A stretch of DNA of 64,000 bases from contig CAXXGO010000006.1 in assembly GCA_963666835.2 (NCBI GenBank), forward strand, positions 1,760,001 to 1,824,000, written 5' to 3'. The DNA comes from Phycisphaerae bacterium (lineage in GTDB: Bacteria; Planctomycetota; Phycisphaerae; UBA1845). This document shows positions 20,636-29,348 of this stretch, one piece after another. The notes below the pieces were generated by a model. It saw only the letters and a program-made list of their open reading frames with translations. It was not told the DNA's origin and made no database searches. Within the stretch, counting starts at the first letter, position 1, and every line of letters begins with the position of its first letter. The translations under genes and the position numbers were made by a program.

Positions 20636-20684
20636 GGGGGCTTCCGGAAAAGCCGTGGCCCGCTCAACTTCCTGGAGGCCCTCC

Positions 20685-21230
20685 GTGGATAACGATATCG
20701 CTGAAGTCATCTTCACCAAGGAGGCAATCAAGACTCGGATCGGTGAACTCGCCCGGGATATAACTAACGAGTATTCGGACGTTGCGGGGACCGGCATAAC
20801 CGTCGTTACAGTGCTGAACGGGGCGTTTATCTTCGCTGGGGACCTGATTCGGCGCCTGCCGATCAAGACCCGGATCGGGATGATCACCGTGTCCAGCTAC
20901 CCCGGTAAGAGCACCGCTTCCCAGGGTGCCAGCTTGGAGTCGTCAGTTCTACCGGACTTACGCAACCGGGATGTGTTATTGGTCGATGATATCCTTGAGA
21001 CCGGTAGGACCCTTCGGCTTGTCCAGGACCTGGTACGCCGGGCGGAGCCGTCGAGTTTGCGGACCGCAGTCCTCTTACGGAAGGGGACTAAGGCCCCCGA
21101 GGATGTGCCGGTCGAGTATATCGGCTTTGATGTCGACGATCGTTTCGTGGTCGGCTACGGCCTGGATTACGATGGCCTCTATCGTAACCTGCCACATATT
21201 GCGGTCTTAAGACCGGAGCTGTACCACTAG
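20685..21230 (+). CDS. hpt: Hypoxanthine phosphoribosyltransferase
   Basis: VLNGAFIF, VLLVDDILETGRTL, FVVGYGLDY. Confidence 0.95.
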   Translation: MDNDIAEVIFTKEAIKTRIGELARDITNEYSDVAGTGITVVTVLNGAFIFAGDLIRRLPIKTRIGMITVSSYPGKSTASQGASLESSVLPDLRNRDVLLVDDILETGRTLRLVQDLVRRAEPSSLRTAVLLRKGTKAPEDVPVEYIGFDVDDRFVVGYGLDYDGLYRNLPHIAVLRPELYH

Positions 21231-21292
21231 GAGCATCTCTCGTGAGCGGGTTGTGGATACCGGATATTCGGACGTCCTCGTGTGCTGCGGTT

Positions 21293-21841
21293 ATGTCCGA
21301 TGCGCCGTCACATGCTCGCAAGGTGGTCACCGATTGGTCAACCCTTCCCGGTGGGATCGTGGATGGCGGCGAAATAGTCTTACTGGCCGTAAAGCCGTCC
21401 ATGTGGAGGCCGGTCTTGGACTCCGCCGCATGGTTGGTCACGTGCTGGGTTCTGGCGGCCGTGATTGGTGTCATGGGCACGCCGATCCCCGGCATGTCTC
21501 TGATGGTGACGGTTCAGGCGGTGCTGTTTGTCGGATTCGCCGGGCTGGCCGTGGCCTTCGTCCGCTGGGCTCCGATGTGGTATGTCCTGACCAACCGGCG
21601 CGTTCTTGACGTTCAAGGAGTGCGTGCCCCGCGAATAGCCTCGTGCCTGCTGATCGATGTTCGCAACACGTACCTAAACAGCACGTCCACCGAGAGGATG
21701 GCCGGGCTGGGGACGATCACTTTCGTTACGGACCTTCCCGACGAATCTCCGCGTGCGTGGCAGTCGATCGCCAGGCCGGAAGAGGTTCACGATCGAATCC
21801 GGCGCGCTATCGAAAACGCCATCGACCAACAGGGCGTGTAG
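21293..21841 (+). CDS. Membrane protein with bacterial PH domain
   Basis: Two TM helices, then YVLTNRRV...GLGTI. Confidence 0.7.
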   Translation: MSDAPSHARKVVTDWSTLPGGIVDGGEIVLLAVKPSMWRPVLDSAAWLVTCWVLAAVIGVMGTPIPGMSLMVTVQAVLFVGFAGLAVAFVRWAPMWYVLTNRRVLDVQGVRAPRIASCLLIDVRNTYLNSTSTERMAGLGTITFVTDLPDESPRAWQSIARPEEVHDRIRRAIENAIDQQGV

Positions 21842-21916
21842 GCGCAGATCATCCTGTAACGCAGGCTTCCAGCCTGCTCTCCTCAAACAAGCCTGGGCAA
21901 TGGAAAAAGATCCTGC

Positions 21917-22325
21917 CCGACCATGTCCTACAGGAGGCGACACGTGGGTGGCATGGGCCAACTTGTTGGCCCGTGACATGACATGATGTCGACATGTCTT
22001 GGCGCGATAGGCGACATTGTGGCAGGTCTCGTGCCTCGACCATGCCCTACACCCGCGTGCGTTGCCGGGTGCCGGGTGCCATGGTCCACGCTCGCGTGGC
22101 CATGAAGGGCTGCAGTCTCGTCGGGTCAGCGGACGGTTACCGGAATCGCGCGAAGACGCCGGCAGGTCTCGTTCCTCGACCGTGCCCTACGGGAGGCGAC
22201 ATGTGCGTGTCACGGACCAACTTGTTGGCCCGTGAAATGTCATTATGTCGACATGTCTTCGCGCGATAGGCGACGTTGTGGCAGGTCTCGTTCCTCGACC
22301 GTGCCCTACACCCGCGTGCGTTGCC
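21917..22325. repeat. Imperfect direct repeat (about 150 bp unit, 259 bp period) containing REPs
   Basis: AACTTGTTGGCCCGTGA...CCCTACACCCGCGTGCGTTGCC at 21960 and 22219. Confidence 0.85.
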
Positions 22326-22507
22326 CCACAGGGACGTCGGCGCTACGCACAGCGTTATTCGTTATTCTGGAAGCAGGATGCCTGCGCTGCGCTACGCGGG
22401 GCTTCTGCCCGACTTCCTTTCGGAGCGCACCAAAACCGTCGGCCTTACAAAGAAGTCAGGCTCCCCCGACGAGTATCCCGGAGACGATACCAGCCGCCTC
22501 GAAAGAT

Positions 22508-23773
22508 CTACGTCGTACTCGGTTGAGCGTCTGTCTGGTTCGCAGTCTTGCCGCAGCAACCAACCTTGCCGGCCGAGGTCGTCTTCGTCGCGGCTGCACA
22601 AAGTGCCTGGTCGACGTCGGCGATGATGTCGTCAACGTTCTCTATCCCAACCGACAGACGTACCAGACCATCCGTGATGTTGGCCTGCCGCCGGGCTCCC
22701 GCCCCCATCGAGGCGTGGGTCATGCTGGCCGGGTGCTGGATGAGCGACTCGACCCCGCCGAGGCTGACCGCCAAGCCGCAGAGTTTGACGGCATTCATCA
22801 TGCGGCGACCGGCTTCTACTCCGCCCTTCAGGCCGAATGCGATCATGCCTCCCGGTCCGGACATCTGCTTGAGGCCGATCTCGTATTGCGGATGGCTCTT
22901 CAGGCCGGGGTAGCGAATCCACTCGAGCGCCGGATGGGCGGCGAGATGCTCTGCCACCTTAATGGCATTTTGGCAGTGCCGTTCCATCCGCAAGGGCAGA
23001 GTCTTGATGCCGCGATGGACCAGGAAGGACTCCATCGGCGGCAAAACGCCGCCCTGGTGGTTCAGCAAACGCCTGAACATGGCGTACTGCTCCTGGTCTT
23101 TGGCGACGATAACCCCGCCGACGACATCGGCGTGCCCGTTCAGGAACTTCGTCAGGCTGTGCACGACCACGTCGGCTCCGTGCTTGAACGGTTGCTGAAG
23201 GACGGGGCTCATAAAGGTGTTGTCTACTACGGTTACGGCGTTGTTTTCGTGGGCAATGTTGCACACGGCTTCCAAGTCGGTCATTACGAGCGTCGGGTTG
23301 CCCGGAGTTTCCACGTAGATGACCTTCGTGTTCGGCCGCATGGCCTTCTTCACCGCTTCGAGGTTTGAGGTGTCTACGATTGTAGACTCGATGCCGTAGC
23401 GCGTGAGCACGGTCTTGAGCAGCGTACACGTTGGGCCGTACACCGCATCGCTGCCAATCATGTGATCGCCGCTCTGCAGCAGCCCGGTCAGCGCCGTGTG
23501 GATGGCGGCCATGCCGCTTCCGCAAGCCAGCGATCCGAAACCGCCCTCGAGAGCCGCGATGCACTTCTCGAGCGCTACCACCGTGGGGTTGCCCATCCGC
23601 GAGTAGATGTAGCCGTCTCGCTTCCCGGAGAACAGATCCGCACCCTGCTCAGCGTCTTCGAAGGTGAACGTGGAGGTCTGGTAGATCGGCGGAACGACGG
23701 GCCCGAAGGCGTAGTTATCGACTCCCGCATGAACCGCCAACGTATTAGGGGACGAGTAATCCTGGTGTGACAT
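22508..23773 (-). CDS. PLP-dependent Cys/Met metabolism enzyme, probably methionine gamma-lyase
   Basis: PPIYQTSTF, YIYSRMGNPT, VVDNTF, HSLTKFLNGH, AVSLGGVESLIQHPASMTH. Confidence 0.9.
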   Translation of the reverse strand: MSHQDYSSPNTLAVHAGVDNYAFGPVVPPIYQTSTFTFEDAEQGADLFSGKRDGYIYSRMGNPTVVALEKCIAALEGGFGSLACGSGMAAIHTALTGLLQSGDHMIGSDAVYGPTCTLLKTVLTRYGIESTIVDTSNLEAVKKAMRPNTKVIYVETPGNPTLVMTDLEAVCNIAHENNAVTVVDNTFMSPVLQQPFKHGADVVVHSLTKFLNGHADVVGGVIVAKDQEQYAMFRRLLNHQGGVLPPMESFLVHRGIKTLPLRMERHCQNAIKVAEHLAAHPALEWIRYPGLKSHPQYEIGLKQMSGPGGMIAFGLKGGVEAGRRMMNAVKLCGLAVSLGGVESLIQHPASMTHASMGAGARRQANITDGLVRLSVGIENVDDIIADVDQALCAAATKTTSAGKVGCCGKTANQTDAQPSTT

Positions 23774-23901
23774 TCCGAACAGCCTTTCTTCGTGGTTGGT
23801 TTGAAGGCGGGGCAAAAACCCCTGATCCGATGCCCGTCCCACTGGGGAGGGCGACGTCCAGTGCGCGCTACTTTTTCCCAATCCAGCAGCATTAAGGCTC
23901 C

Positions 23902-23918
23902 TGCAAGATGCGTGCCGC
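23902..23918 (-). promoter_or_regulatory. Putative sigma-54 promoter
   Basis: Minus strand GCGGCACGCATCTTGCA fits GG-N10-GC (-24/-12), about 130 bp upstream of the lyase start. Confidence 0.6.
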
Positions 23919-24192
23919 AAGATCCCCTTCGGGTGTTCGGTAGAAGGCCGGCTCGCGCGGAAGCTCCCCTCGAAAGGCCCTCTCAGGCCCAAGAACTGCT
24001 GATAATGCCGTGCGGCGGCCAAACGTCCGGTCTGCTAATATGTCGACTATAATAGTCGTGAATCTTGACGGATATGTGCGATATAGGGCGCTCGCAGCTT
24101 GGTGCGGGGCTCAAGGTGACGTTTCGCGTGCCGGGTCGTGGCTCTGGGTTTACGCGAGATGGAGGGACTATCTTGCACTACCGCGGACCCGG

Positions 24193-25689
24193 CTACGGCG
24201 TGGCGTAGTGGGGGAGGTGCTTCTGGATCGTGTTGATGAGTTGATGCCGATTGATCGGCTTGCTGCAGTAGTCAACACAACCTGCGTCAAGGCATTTCTG
24301 CCGGTCGGTGTTCATAGCATGCGCCGTCAGGGCGATGATCGGTAGCTTCACACCCTCGTGTCGAAGAAGCCGGGCGGCTTGATATCCGTCCATCACCGGC
24401 ATTTGCATGTCCAACAAGATCACATCGAACGGGTTCCCGGTGTCGCGCGCCGCAAGAGCTGCATCGGCGGCGAGCTTTCCGTTCTCCACGGCAGTGATCT
24501 TAGCCCCAACCTTTCTGAGGATTCCCGTTATGAGGACTCGGTTGGTGGCGTTGTCTTCGGCGAGCAGGATGCGGCAGTCAAGCCTGACGTCTTCCGGATA
24601 GGTTGGGGCCGGTGCGGCGCGCGTGATTCTGGCGGTTGCCGGATCGTTCAGCATCCTGATGCCATCAATCGGACCGGCAGCGAGCGTCACCTTGAAACAA
24701 CTTCCTTCACCGGGCCTGCTCTCGACCGTGATGTCGCCGCCCAGCATTTCGGCCAGACGCTTGCTGATCAACAATCCCAGACCCGTGCCGCCGAATCGTC
24801 GTGTCGTTGACGTGTCCGCTTGCACGAAAGCACGAAACAGCCCGGAGATCTGTTCATCGGACATTCCCAGGCCCGTGTCAATCACATCGAAGCTCATGGT
24901 CATCTGATCGGAGCTGTCGACGTGGGATCGGGCGACCAGTCGAACTGACCCCTTCTCTGTGAACTTGATGGCATTGCCCGTGAGATTGACCAGGATCTGC
25001 TTGATTCGCGTCGGATCACTCGTAATCTGCTCCGGTATTGGGGTGGTGTACTCGGTCTTGAGTTGGAGGTTCTTGGCGTCGGCTCGTACCTGCATGAGTG
25101 CTTTGACGTCCTCCAAAATCTCAAACGGGGAGCAGCTTATACGCTCGGTATCAAGTTTGCCGGCCTCGATCTTAGAGATGTCCAGAATGTCATTGATGAT
25201 CTGCAGCAAGTGCTCGCCATTTCGGCGGATCGTGTTGATGGCGTCGGTTCTCTCAGATTCACTCAACGTCGGATCCAGCAGATTGTCTGCGAAGCCGAGG
25301 ATCGCGGTCATCGGAGTGCGAATCTCGTGGCTCATGTTCGCCAGAAACTCGCTCTTGGAACGGGCGGCCTGCTCCGCCGCCAGGGAGGCCGCTTTGAATT
25401 GTTGCATGGCCTCCTCCGTTGCGGTCCGGGCTTTTTCGAGTTCGATGGCCTGCTGCTTGAGAGTCTTTGCCTGAGTCTCGGCAAGTTCCTTGGTGGCGAC
25501 GAGGTCCCTGGTACGTTGGGCGACGACGTCCTCCAGAGCCAGAGCTCGTTCGAACACGCCGAAGGCGGAGGCGCCGGATGCCAGCCCGTGCTCAACGCGA
25601 TCCATGAGCGTGTTGTTTGTGCGGCGCAGCCGCTCGATCTCTCTTTCGAGCCGGGCGATTCTCTCCAGATGGGTTTCGCCTTCGCTCAT
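24193..25689 (-). CDS. Hybrid histidine kinase (HisKA-HATPase-REC), NahK-like
   Basis: FLANMSHEIRTP, NAIKFT, GGTGLGL, LLDMQMP; soluble coiled-coil N-terminus; overlaps the FIST gene stop. Confidence 0.92.
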   Translation of the reverse strand: MSEGETHLERIARLEREIERLRRTNNTLMDRVEHGLASGASAFGVFERALALEDVVAQRTRDLVATKELAETQAKTLKQQAIELEKARTATEEAMQQFKAASLAAEQAARSKSEFLANMSHEIRTPMTAILGFADNLLDPTLSESERTDAINTIRRNGEHLLQIINDILDISKIEAGKLDTERISCSPFEILEDVKALMQVRADAKNLQLKTEYTTPIPEQITSDPTRIKQILVNLTGNAIKFTEKGSVRLVARSHVDSSDQMTMSFDVIDTGLGMSDEQISGLFRAFVQADTSTTRRFGGTGLGLLISKRLAEMLGGDITVESRPGEGSCFKVTLAAGPIDGIRMLNDPATARITRAAPAPTYPEDVRLDCRILLAEDNATNRVLITGILRKVGAKITAVENGKLAADAALAARDTGNPFDVILLDMQMPVMDGYQAARLLRHEGVKLPIIALTAHAMNTDRQKCLDAGCVDYCSKPINRHQLINTIQKHLPHYATP

Positions 25690-26813
25690 TTGTGGGTCCC
25701 AAGCGCAACACCGGTAAGGGTCTGATTGACGTGCAGGCCGTTGAACTGTTCGCCGTATGTGTTGAAGCCGAACATCTTCATGTCCTCGACAACCTTGCCC
25801 ATCGGCATCACCATATCCCGATCGAGAAGCTCGAGACGGCGATAGAAGCAATCGAAGCCCAGCGTGACGACATGGTTCGGCACTACTGCTTCGATAGCAC
25901 GGCGCTGGCGTTCGGTTTCCTCCACGATGTCCAGTGCTCGCCCCAGACGCATGACAATCCCCTCTTCGATCGCGCAGAACATACTCAGGCTTCCATCCGG
26001 CTCGGTGCGGCGGACGCCGCGCGCGTAATGGTCGGACCCGACCGGCAGCAACAGCGGGTTCTTCGAAGCGTGGATCGCGTTGAATTCACCACACGTTATC
26101 CCCGTCTGCTCCAGGTAGTACTCAGCCGGAGAGATGCCATCGATCTCGAGCAAGCGGCGGTTCTCCGGATCGGCCCGGGTGACGACAAACCGGGTGTCGC
26201 ACGGCGTGAAGTTGTCGGTTTTGAAGACCAGGCAGGGGAGCGACGTCTGGACCAACGTCAAGACTGCGGCATTCGTGCGAAACTGCCCGTCGACCAAGAC
26301 CCGTGTCTCTATTAGCTGGCCTGATTCGCCGGCCGAGCCCCCGGCGATCGGAATGCCGTCCAACGCCCCATAGAGTAAAGAGGCGACGAACTCCTGCCGA
26401 TCGCAGAGTCCGTCGATGAGCGTCAAACCGAAACGCCTTTCCTCGGGTCCACACGGTCCGAGGGCTTCCGAGAGCCGCGTTTTCAACTCCAATGCCGCAT
26501 TGCTGTCAAAATCACGAACATCCGGGATGGGCTCCTGCACCACCCGCATCTCCGGCGAACTCAGGCTTGCTCCCGCCAGCCCGCCTTCAACGTACCCATA
26601 ACCCGGCACGACTTCTCCGGCGGTAGTACAAGCCAGCACCGGACATTCGTACGACTCGCTGATGCCGCGGGCCAGTTCATCCAGGTCATACTTCGGCGAG
26701 CAGAAGATCAGAACGCAAGAAGGCGATGGCTGGGCGATCCTCTCGCCAACCTCCTCGAGGGCTGAACGCGTATCATCCACCGCAGTCCACGCGCATTTGA
26801 AGTCCAAAGCCAT
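25686..26813 (-). CDS. FIST-domain sensor (NosP-like)
   Basis: FCSPKYD, CTTAGE, GGSAG, FDCFYRRLE, GFNTYGEQFNGLHVNQT. Confidence 0.9.
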   Translation of the reverse strand: MALDFKCAWTAVDDTRSALEEVGERIAQPSPSCVLIFCSPKYDLDELARGISESYECPVLACTTAGEVVPGYGYVEGGLAGASLSSPEMRVVQEPIPDVRDFDSNAALELKTRLSEALGPCGPEERRFGLTLIDGLCDRQEFVASLLYGALDGIPIAGGSAGESGQLIETRVLVDGQFRTNAAVLTLVQTSLPCLVFKTDNFTPCDTRFVVTRADPENRRLLEIDGISPAEYYLEQTGITCGEFNAIHASKNPLLLPVGSDHYARGVRRTEPDGSLSMFCAIEEGIVMRLGRALDIVEETERQRRAIEAVVPNHVVTLGFDCFYRRLELLDRDMVMPMGKVVEDMKMFGFNTYGEQFNGLHVNQTLTGVALGTHK

Positions 26814-27426
26814 GTCAGCTCCGATCGTTCATAGAGTACCTGGGGAGTCCAGTGGGACTGGCGCAGCCCGCAATTGCCGCGGCTCGCACAGCGGGTTTCG
26901 CCGCACGCACCTCATTCATAGCCTATCGATTAAGCAGTAAGAGGGCTGAAGCAACTATGACCGCGCAGACCCGGACTACCGGAGGCCGGCGGTTTGTCGG
27001 TTAGCGAGGACCCTCCCTCGGCAGACCGTAATGTCCCATGTTATCAGTTACTGGGGCTTACCCGACCCACGTGACGCCGCTACAGAATCCCCGGCCTAAG
27101 GGGAAGGGAAACCCTTATGATGGCCGGGCGAACCAACGGGCAGTTGCCGGCGGGTCCGCGAGCCGAAGGCGCCTGTCGCAGCCGTGATATCCGCTGGAGG
27201 CTCGCCAAGGGGCGATCGCAAGGGTGGCCTCTTGCAGATCCACCGGGAGTCCTCGTTGACCGGGAAACGTGACGTCGCCGGCCGTGATTCGCCGCGGGGT
27301 GTCGGTCGGCAACGTGCCTGCTATAATGCGCGCGGTCGGTTGGATACGACGGGGCCGGTCCTTCGTGTTTGCCTGCGACGGGGGAGCACCGGACGATCAC
27401 CGTCACAGCCGGTCGAGTTTGGGATC

Positions 27427-27500
27427 GCGCTCGTAGCTCAGTTGGATAGAGCACCGGTTTCCTAAACCGGGGGTCGCAGGTTCGAGTCCTGCCGGGCGCA
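27427..27500 (+). tRNA. tRNA-Arg(CCT)
   Basis: Acceptor GCGCTCG/CGGGCGC, anticodon arm CCGGT-TTCCTAA-ACCGG, T-loop GGTTCGAGTCC; TGCTATAAT upstream at 27319. Confidence 0.97.
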
Positions 27501-27579
27501 TTGTAAACCCTGTTATTATAATACTTTACGCGAGTCCGCTGTCGCATTGCTGTCGCGCGCGGACGATAAGAGGCTTTTA

Positions 27580-27608
27580 TTGCCGGCCTCCCTGCCCGAC
27601 GGTATACT
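27580..27608 (+). promoter_or_regulatory. Sigma-70 promoter of the integrase
   Basis: TTGCCG-N17-TATACT ending 6 nt before the ATG. Confidence 0.6.
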
Positions 27609-27614
27609 CGAGGC

Positions 27615-28718
27615 ATGGGGCGTAAACGTCGAGCTTGGCTGATGAACGGAACGGGCAAGCGGGTCATCCGCGGCAGGACCATGCCCGGGTACTGTGTGGA
27701 ATGGCGGGAGTCCGGTCGGCATCGGACCAAGGTGTTTACTCTCAAGAAGATGGCCACACAGTTCATGCGGGCACTGACTGAGCGATTCGAACGAGAGTCA
27801 GCCGACGGTCTGTTGCCCGTGACGATGCGAGACGCTAGCCGGGAGTATCTGCTGTCAATCGAGACGCTCAGCGACTCCGTCAAGGGCGAGTACGCGACCA
27901 TGCTCGGACTGCTTGCTGCTCAGGTTGGTCAGGATAGACCAGTCGCCAGGGTGACGACGGCTGACATCGAAGAGTACCTGCGAGCGCGATCGACGTGGAA
28001 CCGGAAAGGGGAGACCCGCAAGACCAGTGAGTCGACGTTGGCAAAGCACTACAGCTACCTCCGCCGGTTCTTTCACTGGGCGGCGAAGCGGGGTTACTGC
28101 ACCGGAACACCCACCGAAGGCGTTACGGTAAAGCCGGTTGCCGGCGCGAAGGAACTGGCGGCGTTGCCGACCGACGAGGACATCGCCCGGCTCATCGACG
28201 CCATAGACGACACGCGGATGAAGGTCGCCGCAATGATCGGGTTGACGACGGGACTTGATCGGGGAGTTGTTGCCAGCCTCAAGGCTCAGCACTTCAACCT
28301 CGGCGAACGGACGATTACAGCGCAACGACGGAAGACCCGGCGGAGCAACCCAGGCAATCTGGTTGTGCCGATCCATGGCGCGTTGATTACTCCTCTCCGC
28401 CAGCTATTCGATCGAACTTTGCCAGCAAGGCCGCTGTTTCCGGGCTACATGTTTCGGGCGTGGTATCGCAATGCTCGCCAAGCTGCTGGAGCCCCCTGGA
28501 CTGAGTTGACGGTAGCTGATTTCCGGAAGATCGCGTCCGGGCGGTCGCAGCGGGTGATGCCGTTGACGTCGGTCCAGCGGATGTTGGGGCACAGCTCTGC
28601 ACTGACGACATCCCGTCACTACTCACCGGTAGACCCCGCAGCTCAGCAAGCGTTCGACAGACTGACTCTACCGATACTTGAAGATACTCCGCCAGAGACT
28701 CAACCGAAATCCGCATAG
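27615..28718 (+). CDS. Tyrosine recombinase/integrase with divergent motifs
   Basis: Adjacent to tRNA; YLRRFFHWA core-binding region; VQRMLGHSS...TSRHY. Confidence 0.88.
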   Translation: MGRKRRAWLMNGTGKRVIRGRTMPGYCVEWRESGRHRTKVFTLKKMATQFMRALTERFERESADGLLPVTMRDASREYLLSIETLSDSVKGEYATMLGLLAAQVGQDRPVARVTTADIEEYLRARSTWNRKGETRKTSESTLAKHYSYLRRFFHWAAKRGYCTGTPTEGVTVKPVAGAKELAALPTDEDIARLIDAIDDTRMKVAAMIGLTTGLDRGVVASLKAQHFNLGERTITAQRRKTRRSNPGNLVVPIHGALITPLRQLFDRTLPARPLFPGYMFRAWYRNARQAAGAPWTELTVADFRKIASGRSQRVMPLTSVQRMLGHSSALTTSRHYSPVDPAAQQAFDRLTLPILEDTPPETQPKSA

Positions 28719-28848
28719 GCCGTTTGGTTCGGCCTTTGAGTTTGCCGGCTCGCATCATTCGCCGGATTGCCGGCTGGGAGAGCCCGGCTACGGCCCCGGC
28801 TTCCTCCGCGGAGATCACGGATTCGTAGACAAGGTGGCGTTTCCTCAT
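28387..28848 (-). CDS. Excisionase-like HTH protein
   Basis: SAEEAGAVAGLSQPAIRRMMRAGKLKG...RISVESL; coupled to the upstream ORF; 3' part antisense to the integrase. Confidence 0.6.
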   Translation of the reverse strand: MRKRHLVYESVISAEEAGAVAGLSQPAIRRMMRAGKLKGRTKRPMRISVESLAEYLQVSVESVCRTLAELRGLPVSSDGMSSVQSCAPTSAGPTSTASPAATARTRSSGNQLPSTQSRGLQQLGEHCDTTPETCSPETAALLAKFDRIAGGEE

Positions 28849-29348
28849 GGGCCCACCCCCTCGAGTTCATCGGCCTCCCGGAAGAGCCTGTCGGCCTCGG
28901 CGGGGTCTGTGTCCATGAGTTGCACTGCTCGTTGCCGGAGTGTCCGGGATTCGCTCGGTGGGCGAAGGGGGACGAGTCGGAGGCTCTGGGCCTCGATCTC
29001 GGCCAGGACGGCTACCAATGCCGCGACCTCGGCCCGGGGGCGTGACGCCTCATCGTCCGCCTCGCGATTGGCCACGTACTTCTGCCACATCTGCCGGAGC
29101 CCAAGCGCCATCTTCGGGTGGCCGAGCGAGTGGATTCGCTCGAGCAGCGTATCCAGCACTTCCCGGGGATTCTCGAGGATTGCACGCATCTCGCCCTCGG
29201 AGGCCTTGGTCCGGGCTCGAAGGGTGGACGTCAACGATCCCTTCGGTCGACATCGGAGCCGTCCGTCGCGGATGAACAGCTCGATGCCGTTCGCGGCTAG
29301 ATCAACGAGCAACGACATCGCCGGAGTTGTGATCCCGTCGACCACCAT
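28845..29348 (-). CDS. Hypothetical satellite-type protein
   Basis: Translationally coupled on both sides; LAANGIELFIRDGRLRCRP N-terminus. Confidence 0.65.
   Translation of the reverse strand: MVVDGITTPAMSLLVDLAANGIELFIRDGRLRCRPKGSLTSTLRARTKASEGEMRAILENPREVLDTLLERIHSLGHPKMALGLRQMWQKYVANREADDEASRPRAEVAALVAVLAEIEAQSLRLVPLRPPSESRTLRQRAVQLMDTDPAEADRLFREADELEGVGP

Larger units (their letters stand above)
13715..22309. repeat. Dispersed 29 bp GTAG-type REP family (GTAGGGCACGGTCGAGGCACGAGACCTGC)
   Basis: Copies at 13715, 13939, 14721, 14779, 15458, 17654 (inverted), 17713, 22022, 22162 and 22281, all intergenic; GTAG followed by an imperfect hairpin. Confidence 0.85.

Noticed and set aside
23880..24005. 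Glycine or SAM riboswitch upstream of the lyase (CTCTCAGGC)
   Set aside because: The motif is on the strand opposite the gene and the other conserved elements are missing.
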